Source: an uncultured virus (IMG/VR IMGVR_UViG_3300027689_000306)
Taxonomy: Duplodnaviria; Heunggongvirae; Uroviricota; Caudoviricetes; Crassvirales
Length of the DNA stretch: 55,517 nucleotides
IMG/VR virus record: IMGVR_UViG_3300027689_000306
Reading direction: 5' to 3' (one strand)
The translations under genes and the position numbers were made by a program. Below, piece by piece: positions 46,957-55,517 of the stretch. Position 1 is the first letter of the stretch. The number at the start of each line of letters is the position of its first letter. A model generated the notes under the pieces. That model made no database searches, was not told where the DNA came from, and saw only the letters and a list, made by a program, of their open reading frames with translations.

Positions 46957-49900
46957 ATGGCACACTGTGTAAATAGAAGTTCACAAGAGTTTAAAGCGTT
47001 AGCTGAACAATCTAATATCAATCCAATAATTCTTGCTGCAAAGGTTTCTTTGTGGCAGGAAGAAAATGGGTTGGATAACTTTCCTGCTATATCAGATATA
47101 TCAAATGTAAAATCTGGAGTGGGAAAATTATTTGAATCTAATCCTGAATTATCTAATGTAGGTACACAAGAACAATACTCTGCATACTTAGATTCTATAT
47201 TTCCTGATAGTCAATTAAAAGATATTGTTTATCATGGGACACATACTAAATTTAATAAATTTGATAAAAGTTTAGTTGGAAGTAAAACAAGAGCTGATAT
47301 TAAAGGTAAAGGTTTTTTCTTTTCTAATAGTTCTGCAATTGCACAAGGTTATAAACAGAGTTTAGACAAATCTAATGTTTACAATGATGTGCTATTTTAT
47401 TATTATTTTAAAAAAGATTTAGGAAGTAATAATATAAATACAATTACACAGCAAGATTTTCAAAATATTGTTTTAAATTATTTTGGAAGGGAGAATTTAA
47501 ATGTACAGTATTTAGAAAAACAATCATTAGAAAAAACTAAAGCTTTATTTGAAAAGTTTAAAAATGATACACAATTTGATACTGTAGAATATGATGATGA
47601 ACTTAATTTTTCAGAATATATAAAAGATGATTCAACTCTTTACTCTGTTATATTAGATAGTAAAAATCCTTTAATAGTTGAAGGTAATAATTATCAAATG
47701 TTATCTATTGTTAAAAAAGAAATAGAAAAATTAAATGACAGTAATGATAGTATAATTTTTAATAATGTTGAAGATGGAATATCTGGAGGATATAGAGGAG
47801 TTGCTAATACATATACTGTATTTGAACCAGAACAAATACATATACTAGGTAATAAACAAGATATAGAAGGATTTAAAAACTTTGTAGGTACAGGTAATGT
47901 AATGTTACAGACAGAAGAGATGCCTGCATCTAAATCTTCTCCTAGAACAATAGAGATAATAAAGAATGCTGCTAGACAAATGGGTATTAGTATTCAATCT
48001 TTAGAAGATTATCTTAAAGGTAATCCTGATGTACAGACTAAAGGAATTAATGGACTTGCTGATCTTATTAAAGGAACAGTAGCTATTGCTCAGGGTATGG
48101 AAGACTATGCTCTAACAGAAGAAGTAGTGCACGTAGCTACAGCTATATTAGAACAAACCAATCCAAAGCTTGTTACAGAAATGATTTCTAAAATAGGTAG
48201 ATTTAAGATCTATGATGAAACATTAAAAGCATATAAAGGTAAGAAAGCATATCAACTATCTAACGGTAAACCAGACATTAGAAAGATTAAAAAAGAAGCT
48301 GTTGATAAACTTATAGCTGAATTGATTATCAATCAATCTGAGGGCTCTACACAGTTCCCTGAGCTAATGAATGAAACAGATAGAACTATGATTGAGAATT
48401 TTTGGTATGCTATTCTTGATTTTATCAAAGGAATGTATAGCAAATCTAACATAGATATATTTGAACAAGCTGCTAGTAATGTAGCTTCTGCTAACGTAGG
48501 TGGTGTTGCTTCTGATATAAAAAATGGTGGTGTATTCTATCAAGTTAAAAACTCTCTTGTAGATAGGTTATATGACACAGTTAAAGACTTTGCTAGTAGA
48601 TTAAAAACTGTAGCTGAAACTACAGATGCTACAGGTAAAGTGATACCAAGACACTACACACTTGATGATCTTCCTGAACAGATTCCTTCTGTAACAGCAT
48701 CACTTAAAAAGACTGTTCCTGAAAGAACAGATCTTCAGAAGTTCTTAGATGACCAGAAGAAAGACTGGGGAACAGAGATACATGATTACATTTATAATTA
48801 CATCACTAACAATCTTATTGATAAGGATGGATATAAATTACCAACACCATTAACTAATGCTATAGCAACTAAACTTGATCCTAAGATTCAAACAAAACTA
48901 GAAGGATTTACTAAAGAGCTTATAAACTCTTATAAACCAGGTACACGTTTTATATTAGAAGCTAAGGTGGTTAACCAAAAGGTGAAAGGTAAACTTGCAT
49001 CTGCTATTGACTTTATGGCTATTGAACCTTATACAAAAGAAGATGGTACACAAGATGTTAAAGTGGATATCCTTGACTGGAAAACTACATCTGTGAATAA
49101 GAGTAAAGATGAAGATATTCACTGGGGTAAACAAAAAGATTGGAAAGCTCAGATGGGTGAGTACACTAAGATGCTTTACAACTATGGATTACAGCCTAAT
49201 CAATTAAGAAAGGCTAGAATGATTCCTATTGTAATGAACTATAGCTATCTTGTTGAAGGAAATCCTGCAAGTGGATTTGCTTCTCCTACATCTATGGAGA
49301 TAGGTAAGTTGAATTCATTAGAAGAAACAAACCTATACTTACTTCCTGTTGCTATCAATTCAGAATCTACAGGTAATCCTAAGATTGATTCTCTTCTTAA
49401 ATCGTTAAGAGAGCAATGGGAAAAACTATATAAGAAACCAGTAGCTGCTGAAGATAGATATGGTAAAATCTTAGAGATCAATAAGTTAAGTAATGCTATC
49501 CGTAACTTACAAGTTAAATTAAACTTCGAACCTTTAGTAACTGTAGGTAAATCATTCTTGAATAATGCAAGAACTGCATTAGATGACTTTGCTAAAATAG
49601 ACTATGATACAATAAGTAAAGAAGAGCTAGACAAAAAGCTTGGAGACTTAATTGATTATGGAATCAGTGCTAACAAGTTTACATCTATGGACCAAGTCTT
49701 CCTTTCTCAATATACAAGAGAAGGAATGACAGAAGACAATAAGAAAACATTAAAAGAGTTAGAGCACATATCTTCTATGGCTGGTAGAATGTTAAATGAA
49801 ATCTCTCAATTACAAAACCAATATGCTGTACATTTAGGTTTAAAAGAAGGAGTTACAACAGATGCAACAAAAGAAACTATTCTTAACGCTGAAAGAGAAA

Positions 49901-52536
49901 TAGATGGGTTTGCTAAAACATTCTTAGAAGGATCTAGACTTTCTGCTAAAATTATCAAGCTTGCTTCTAATATGCTTATGAATGCAAAGAGTCTTGTGAA
50001 CATTGAGTTTTCAAGAAAGATGAAGCAGTATGATAAATTACTTATTGCATTAGAAGAAGAAGCTGCAGCAAAAGGAGTTAAAGCATTTGACTTGATTGGT
50101 ACAATGTCTCCAACAGGATTAAATCTTATTAAGAAGTTTGATGCTGAGTTCTGGAAAGAATTAAAAGATGCTAGAGAGAAAAGAGATAAGAAGTTCTTCT
50201 TAAAGAATATGAATCTTGAGGAGTATGATAAACTTGCTAAAGCAGCTATCGATAAAGGAATACAAGATCTTGATAAAACTGTATTCTCAAATGATGGAGA
50301 AGAAGATGCATTACAACGCTCTTGGAGAAAAGCTAAGTTAAGAGATTCATTAGATATAAATAGTGAGAGTTTTGATGGATATGATAACTACAGATTCAAT
50401 CAGTTGTTCAGAGAAACAATGATTGAAGATGGACATCTATCTAAAGAATATGAAGCACTACGTAAAAACAAAGCTGCATTTGATGTATGGCAATTCTTTA
50501 CTGACTTAAATACTAAAGCTAAACAAATGGGATACCTTGATAAACAAGGAAGTTCATTTTTCCCATTAATAGAAGCTACAATCCTTCAGAAGTTTGCACA
50601 GACAGATGATATATCTGCTCAAGCAAAAGAATCTTTGTGGACAGACTTCTACCAAACTAGAATAAACGAAGAACAGAATGTTTCTAAAATAGATCCTGAG
50701 ACAGGTAAGTTAAAGAAATCTATTCCTAAGTATTTCACTCAAACAGATAAAGCTGTAAACCAATTGTCTACTGATCTTAATAAAGTGGGAGCAATGTGGG
50801 TTAAGTCTTTATTAGAATATGAAAGTGCTAAGAACTTAGAGAACACACTTCTTACATTACATTCTGTTGAGAAAGCTAAAGGAAGTCTTATAGTTGAGAA
50901 TGGTGCTGTACAGTTTACAGATGGAGAGCTTAGTGTAAATGAAGCAGAGAATAAGAATGCAGATGTATTACAAGTAATCATTGATGATGGATTATATAAA
51001 CTAGGACAAGATCTTGGTTCATTAGGAAACGTTGGTTTTGCTAATCTTGGAGAGAAGCTTGGTAAAACAGAAGAAGAGAAACAAGCAAAGACAGTTAATG
51101 CTAAAAAGTTATTAAGTAATGCTGACTCATTAACTAGATCTCTTGCTGTGGGTCTTAAACCTCTTATTGCTATAGCCAACTTTATGGGATACAATTTCCA
51201 AGCATTTGTTAATAGTGGAACAATGTATTCATTTGGAGAATTCCAAAAGAACAATCTTAAAATTGTTACAGGAAATAACTTCAGTGTAATACAAAAAGGA
51301 CTTCTAGATCTTATTGTACCATTGAATGAAGATGTTACTACAGAAGAAAGAAGAAAGATAGCTAAGAAACAAGGTCTTGGTAAATACTTATCTACATGGA
51401 CATTCACTGATGTGATGATGTCAACTAACTCATTTGCTGAGAGAAGATTACAGATGGGTAGTGCGTTGAGTATTATTGATAACTCAATGGTGGTAGATGG
51501 TAAGATAGTGAATATAATTCAATACCTAAAACAACAAGACAGAGCTGCTAGAAAAGGACTATCTGAAAGCGAAAGAAAAGCTTTAGAAAAATCATTTGAT
51601 GAAAGAGTGGCAGCTTTAAAAGAATCTTCTTCATTGGATAAGGTGGCTACAATTGAAAATGATGAAGTGGTTATTCCAGGAGTGAGTGACGCAGAGCTTG
51701 CTAAATTCAGAACAATGATTGTTGAGTATGGTAGAAAGCTTAATGGTCAGATGAATGAAGATAACAAAGCTGGCTATAGAAGAGATACTATATTTAGTTC
51801 ATTCATGATGTTCAAAAACTGGATGCCTAAGTTAGTTGCTGAACATACATTAGGAATTGATAAGAATGCAGAGCTTGATAAATGGGAATATGGTAGAACC
51901 AGAGCATTTGTTAAAACATGGCAGTATGTAGGGTTTACTAACATATCAAAAATGAGAGCTATCATCACTGGTAGTGATGAGGGATTACAAATTCTTAATG
52001 AGATGCTCGAAGCTAAGAAGTTAGACTATTTTAGAAAGACTGGTCAAGAGCTAGAGATTACAGAAGAGGAGTTCCAAGATCTTATGAGAGAACAAATAGC
52101 TAATCAAATAAAAGAACTATATTTATTGTTTGGTATGATGGCTTTAGTTCTTGCAGCCAAAGCTGCAGAACCACCAGAAGATGCTACAGAAGAAGAAAAG
52201 AATAAATACAAATGGTATTTAAAACTTGTAAATAAAACTTCTGATGAGATTACATTCTATTACAATCCTCTGTCATTTGAAAGTATGACTAAAGGATCTG
52301 TAATTCCATCCCTTGGACTTTTAAGTAGAGCTACACAAGTGGTATGGTATACAGGTAGAGAAATGTATGGAGAAGCAACAGATGATCAAGAGATGGTTGA
52401 TAAGACACATCCTACTAAATATTTCTTTAATATGATACCTGTAGCTGCACAATTTCAAAATGAACTACTACCTTATATATATCCAGAACTAGCTAAAGAA
52501 CAAGGAGTGAGAGTAACTGCAGAAGCTAGAAGATAA
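46957..52536 (+). CDS. Large polyvalent cargo protein (ART-PolyVal-like, degenerate zincin, PD-(D/E)xK nuclease-like, helical C-terminus)
   Basis: VYHGT..F..F...G.GFFF and Y.VFEPEQI; EEVVH; PSVT, GTEIH, ID, DWKT and Q...Y; hydrophobic helix near the C-terminus. Confidence 0.7.
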   Translation: MAHCVNRSSQEFKALAEQSNINPIILAAKVSLWQEENGLDNFPAISDISNVKSGVGKLFESNPELSNVGTQEQYSAYLDSIFPDSQLKDIVYHGTHTKFNKFDKSLVGSKTRADIKGKGFFFSNSSAIAQGYKQSLDKSNVYNDVLFYYYFKKDLGSNNINTITQQDFQNIVLNYFGRENLNVQYLEKQSLEKTKALFEKFKNDTQFDTVEYDDELNFSEYIKDDSTLYSVILDSKNPLIVEGNNYQMLSIVKKEIEKLNDSNDSIIFNNVEDGISGGYRGVANTYTVFEPEQIHILGNKQDIEGFKNFVGTGNVMLQTEEMPASKSSPRTIEIIKNAARQMGISIQSLEDYLKGNPDVQTKGINGLADLIKGTVAIAQGMEDYALTEEVVHVATAILEQTNPKLVTEMISKIGRFKIYDETLKAYKGKKAYQLSNGKPDIRKIKKEAVDKLIAELIINQSEGSTQFPELMNETDRTMIENFWYAILDFIKGMYSKSNIDIFEQAASNVASANVGGVASDIKNGGVFYQVKNSLVDRLYDTVKDFASRLKTVAETTDATGKVIPRHYTLDDLPEQIPSVTASLKKTVPERTDLQKFLDDQKKDWGTEIHDYIYNYITNNLIDKDGYKLPTPLTNAIATKLDPKIQTKLEGFTKELINSYKPGTRFILEAKVVNQKVKGKLASAIDFMAIEPYTKEDGTQDVKVDILDWKTTSVNKSKDEDIHWGKQKDWKAQMGEYTKMLYNYGLQPNQLRKARMIPIVMNYSYLVEGNPASGFASPTSMEIGKLNSLEETNLYLLPVAINSESTGNPKIDSLLKSLREQWEKLYKKPVAAEDRYGKILEINKLSNAIRNLQVKLNFEPLVTVGKSFLNNARTALDDFAKIDYDTISKEELDKKLGDLIDYGISANKFTSMDQVFLSQYTREGMTEDNKKTLKELEHISSMAGRMLNEISQLQNQYAVHLGLKEGVTTDATKETILNAEREIDGFAKTFLEGSRLSAKIIKLASNMLMNAKSLVNIEFSRKMKQYDKLLIALEEEAAAKGVKAFDLIGTMSPTGLNLIKKFDAEFWKELKDAREKRDKKFFLKNMNLEEYDKLAKAAIDKGIQDLDKTVFSNDGEEDALQRSWRKAKLRDSLDINSESFDGYDNYRFNQLFRETMIEDGHLSKEYEALRKNKAAFDVWQFFTDLNTKAKQMGYLDKQGSSFFPLIEATILQKFAQTDDISAQAKESLWTDFYQTRINEEQNVSKIDPETGKLKKSIPKYFTQTDKAVNQLSTDLNKVGAMWVKSLLEYESAKNLENTLLTLHSVEKAKGSLIVENGAVQFTDGELSVNEAENKNADVLQVIIDDGLYKLGQDLGSLGNVGFANLGEKLGKTEEEKQAKTVNAKKLLSNADSLTRSLAVGLKPLIAIANFMGYNFQAFVNSGTMYSFGEFQKNNLKIVTGNNFSVIQKGLLDLIVPLNEDVTTEERRKIAKKQGLGKYLSTWTFTDVMMSTNSFAERRLQMGSALSIIDNSMVVDGKIVNIIQYLKQQDRAARKGLSESERKALEKSFDERVAALKESSSLDKVATIENDEVVIPGVSDAELAKFRTMIVEYGRKLNGQMNEDNKAGYRRDTIFSSFMMFKNWMPKLVAEHTLGIDKNAELDKWEYGRTRAFVKTWQYVGFTNISKMRAIITGSDEGLQILNEMLEAKKLDYFRKTGQELEITEEEFQDLMREQIANQIKELYLLFGMMALVLAAKAAEPPEDATEEEKNKYKWYLKLVNKTSDEITFYYNPLSFESMTKGSVIPSLGLLSRATQVVWYTGREMYGEATDDQEMVDKTHPTKYFFNMIPVAAQFQNELLPYIYPELAKEQGVRVTAEARR

Positions 52537-52595
52537 GAACGCTATATTATACCAGGTATTTACTACAAACGCTTTTAAAATATATAATTAATAAT

Positions 52596-52603
52596 TAACT
52601 TTG
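52596..52603 (+). promoter_or_regulatory. Bacteroidota-type -7 promoter element
   Basis: Intergenic TAACTTTG matches TAnnTTTG; the -33 element is weak and the ATG lies only 5 nt downstream. Confidence 0.4.
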
Positions 52604-52608
52604 CTCAC

Positions 52609-52998
52609 ATGAGAACAGCTGCAATTTGCCCAACATGTGCTGTGTATGAGAATGCTAAATGCATTGTATACAATGGCCCTTATTTAACTAACATTGATGT
52701 TGCTCCTTTACAGGATCTTCAAACAATACTAGGTAAAATAAATACTAACTTAGTACCAAAAACTGGTATTATTGCTCCTAGCACATCTGCTACATATCTA
52801 GGACAAACTTATTTAAACACAGCTAAGTCTATGCTGTATTTTGCTAAAGCTGTAGGTACAGGAGCTGCTGATTGGAGCCTTGTAATCACTACACCTGTAG
52901 TAACACCTCAGTATGCTAACAATGCTGCTGCTTTATTCGCTGGCTTAGTTGCTGGTCAGATCTACCGTACAGGAGATCTTCTTAAAATCGTTCACTAA
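52609..52998 (+). CDS. Short fibre/decoration protein with YNGP anchor domain
   Basis: CPTC...CIVYNGPYL...L.TILGKI N-terminus paralogous to 6879, 7995, 9968 and 53011. Confidence 0.6.
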   Translation: MRTAAICPTCAVYENAKCIVYNGPYLTNIDVAPLQDLQTILGKINTNLVPKTGIIAPSTSATYLGQTYLNTAKSMLYFAKAVGTGAADWSLVITTPVVTPQYANNAAALFAGLVAGQIYRTGDLLKIVH

Positions 52999-53010
52999 TA
53001 ATAAGATCCA

Positions 53011-55517
53011 ATGAGTGTAATCTGTGCAGCTAATCCTTGCCAAACTATACTAAGTGCATCCTGCGTATTTTACGAAGGACCTAACTTGGTATGTACTGGT
53101 ATAAATACTAATGAAACTATTGAGTCTGCATTACAAAAGATTAGTGATAGACTTTGTTCAGGTGCTGGTGCTGATGGAACTAGTGGTACTTCTGGTACCA
53201 GTGGTACGTCAGGCACAACAGGTACAAGTGGAACAACAGGTACTTCAGGTACATCTGGCACCACAGGTACTTCTGGAAGCTCAGGTACTAGTGGCACCTC
53301 AGCTACATCAGGTACTACTGGGACTAGTGGTACATCCGCTACATCTGGAACAAGTGGAAGCTCAGGATTACAAGGTGATAGATATCAAACAACATCAAGT
53401 TCTACATTTACATTAGGGATTGGTGGACTTATCATTGTAGAAACAGGACTAGCATATACAGTTGGTCAAGAAATTATTGTATCTAGTGATATAAATAATT
53501 ACCAAGTATCCAGTGTAATTTCATATAATTCTATAACAGGACAATTATTATTTGGTATTCCTACAGTATTAGTTGGATCAGGTACATATAATGTATGGGG
53601 AGTTAATCTTAATGGAGCAGCTGGAGGAAATGGAACCAATGGTACTTCAGGTACTTCTGCAACTGCTGGTACATCAGGATCTACAGGTACAAGTGGTACT
53701 TCAGGAAGTAGTGGAACTACTGGAACCTCTGGAACAAGTGCTACATCTGGTACTTCTGGTACTACAGGATCTAGTGGAACTTCAGGCACTTCTGGAACAA
53801 GCGGTACATCAGGTACTAGAGGTACAAGTGGAACAAGTGGAATTAATGGAAGCTCTGGAGCTGCTATAAGTAACTGGTTTGCAAGTTTTTCTAGTATTGA
53901 TAATCAAACTCTAATAGCTGCAAATGTACCAACACCAATTACATACACTACAACAGAAATAGCAAATGGTATTGTTCTAGACTTTGGTCAACAGATTAGA
54001 TATCCACATGCTGGTGTATATGAATTTGCATATTCTTTACAAGTAGAAAAAATTGGTGGGTTAAGTACAGACTTAGAGATATGGGTTAAAAAGAATGGTA
54101 ATAACATTGTTAGAACAGATTCATATTTAAGTATTACAGATAATGGTGTGATACAATTACCATATGTATCCTTTATATTAGAACTACAAGCTGGAGATTA
54201 TTTAGAGATTGTATTCTCTACTTCAAATCAATACGTTCAACTGGTAGCTAAAGCTTCTAAAATCACTCCATATAATGCACCTGCTGCACCTTCTGCTATT
54301 GTTCTTACAAAACAAATAGGTGTATCTATAAGTGCTACATCAGGAACATCAGGAACTAGTGGTACGTCAGGTACTACTGGTACATCAGGAACATCAGCAA
54401 CATCAGGTACTTCTGCTACAAGTGGGACATCTGGTACTAGTGGAACTTCTGCAACAAGTGGAACTAGTGGTACAGCTGGCTCTTCAGGAAGTTCTGGTAC
54501 TAGCGGAACATCAGGTAGTTCAGGGAATAATGGTTCTAATGGTACTAGTGGAACAGCTGGTACATCTGGAACTAATGGTGCAAATGGTATAAGTGGTGGT
54601 CAAGTTTATTGGATGAACTCATCACTTGATACTGATACAGCATTTGGTTCTCCTACATACAAACAACTTTCTCCTAACCCTACAGCTGCAGTTACACAAC
54701 CTAATTCTCTTACATTAGGTTCTGGAGCTTCTGGAGTTATTGCAACATTTGCTACAGATAGTGGTGTACCAGGAATCACATCATTACCTGGAGGTAACTG
54801 GTCATTCATAACACACTTTGGAGCAGCTGTTGGTGAAGACTGGGATGTAGTTGCAAGAATTTATAAATATACAATAGGTGGTGTTTCTACACTAATAGGA
54901 ACAACAAACTTAGTTCATATATTATTTCCTACCACTGCTGTACAACAAGCATATAGTGATACATTTGTCCCTGCTCAATCATTAGATCCTACAGATAGAA
55001 TCTATGTTGAGATAGAAGTGATGAACGATAATCCTGTTTCATCAACAATAACTTTCTATACAGAAGGTACTACTTATTATTCATACGCACAAACAACATT
55101 TAATGCTCCTTCAGGAACTAGTGGAACATCAGGAATTGATGGAACAAGTGGAACTAGTGGAAGTACAGGAACTAGTGGATCCAGTGGAACAACAGGTACA
55201 AGTGGGACAAGTGGAAGCAGCGGATCTTCAGGTACCTCTGGTTCAAGTGGAACAACAGGAACTTCTGGTTCAACAGGAACAAGTGGAACAAGTGGTTCTA
55301 GTGGTTCAAGTGGTACATCTGGTTCATCAGGTACAACAGGTACATCAGGTACAAGTGCTACAGATGGAACAGGAGGAACTAGTGGAACTAGTGGTGCAGA
55401 TGGTTTAGGATATTCAGGACTGTTTGATATAGCACAATCTTTATCTATTGGTAATAATATAAGAACTCTTAATAATACAAGTTTAAGTGCAACACAAACA
55501 GCATTTACAGTAGGTCA
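53011..55517 (+). CDS. Gly-Thr-Ser collagen-like fibre with interspersed globular domains including a C1q/BclA-CTD-like domain (3'-truncated; not in the ORF track)
   Basis: ATG at 53011 (MSVICAANPCQTILSASCVFYEGPNL...), apparently open to the window end; four (G-T/S-S/T)n blocks; AGVYEFAYSLQV...LELQAGDYLEI at about 53875-54320. Confidence 0.8.
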   Translation, partial: MSVICAANPCQTILSASCVFYEGPNLVCTGINTNETIESALQKISDRLCSGAGADGTSGTSGTSGTSGTTGTSGTTGTSGTSGTTGTSGSSGTSGTSATSGTTGTSGTSATSGTSGSSGLQGDRYQTTSSSTFTLGIGGLIIVETGLAYTVGQEIIVSSDINNYQVSSVISYNSITGQLLFGIPTVLVGSGTYNVWGVNLNGAAGGNGTNGTSGTSATAGTSGSTGTSGTSGSSGTTGTSGTSATSGTSGTTGSSGTSGTSGTSGTSGTRGTSGTSGINGSSGAAISNWFASFSSIDNQTLIAANVPTPITYTTTEIANGIVLDFGQQIRYPHAGVYEFAYSLQVEKIGGLSTDLEIWVKKNGNNIVRTDSYLSITDNGVIQLPYVSFILELQAGDYLEIVFSTSNQYVQLVAKASKITPYNAPAAPSAIVLTKQIGVSISATSGTSGTSGTSGTTGTSGTSATSGTSATSGTSGTSGTSATSGTSGTAGSSGSSGTSGTSGSSGNNGSNGTSGTAGTSGTNGANGISGGQVYWMNSSLDTDTAFGSPTYKQLSPNPTAAVTQPNSLTLGSGASGVIATFATDSGVPGITSLPGGNWSFITHFGAAVGEDWDVVARIYKYTIGGVSTLIGTTNLVHILFPTTAVQQAYSDTFVPAQSLDPTDRIYVEIEVMNDNPVSSTITFYTEGTTYYSYAQTTFNAPSGTSGTSGIDGTSGTSGSTGTSGSSGTTGTSGTSGSSGSSGTSGSSGTTGTSGSTGTSGTSGSSGSSGTSGSSGTTGTSGTSATDGTGGTSGTSGADGLGYSGLFDIAQSLSIGNNIRTLNNTSLSATQTAFTVG
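53176..55400 (+). repeat. Gly-X-Y (GTS/GSS/GTT) 9-bp coding repeats in four blocks
   Basis: Blocks at about 53176-53370, 53620-53860, 54330-54600 and 55114-55400. Confidence 0.85.

Noticed and set aside
33156..52536. Inteins in the giant ORFs, and the many short antisense ORFs within them
   Set aside because: No C/S...HN splice junction or LAGLIDADG motif was recognised by eye. The antisense ORFs are short, lack recognisable motifs and lie opposite strong genes.
4072..55400. CRISPR array or non-coding tandem repeats
   Set aside because: All repeats found are in-frame, codon-degenerate coding repeats with no repeat-spacer structure.
53070..55408. Tracked ORFs such as (VPEVPLVP)n on the minus strand and QVLQEL-rich plus-strand ORFs
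   Set aside because: They are off-frame readings of the GTS repeats; the real gene starts at 53011 and was missed because it has no stop in the window.
1..55517. Stop-codon reassignment (TAG or TGA), known in some crAss-like phages
   Set aside because: Genes up to 13.8 kb are uninterrupted in the standard code, coding density is near complete, and genes end almost always in TAA.

Overview
This window is an AT-rich, entirely plus-strand virion morphogenesis and cargo module of a crAss-like (Crassvirales-related) podophage, probably infecting a Bacteroidota host (TAnnTTTG promoters, A-rich SD-less starts). Gene order: 3' part of the major capsid protein, three conserved capsid-block genes, a run of Cys-rich and Thr/Ser-tract fibre or decoration genes, an HTH-metallophosphoesterase, ring / IHF-like / tail tubular genes, a tail muzzle gene split in two, three internal cargo proteins, a 4599-aa virion RNA polymerase polyprotein (DFDID motif, zincin-like domain, C-terminal ASCH), a 1859-aa polyvalent cargo protein (ART-PolyVal-like, zincin-like, PD-(D/E)xK), and a Gly-Thr-Ser collagen-like fibre that runs off the window. 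The most notable observations are: (1) a mix-and-match system of Cys-rich modules joined by mucin-like Thr/Ser linkers, which appears to have invaded and split the muzzle gene; (2) about 24 paired xxxGG/AQxG motifs punctuating two cargo proteins; (3) a 23-bp palindrome at identical spacing upstream of two host-type promoters; (4) a structured RNA region after the capsid gene that displays an anti-Shine-Dalgarno-like loop. All family assignments come from motif recognition and synteny by eye; no database searches were run.
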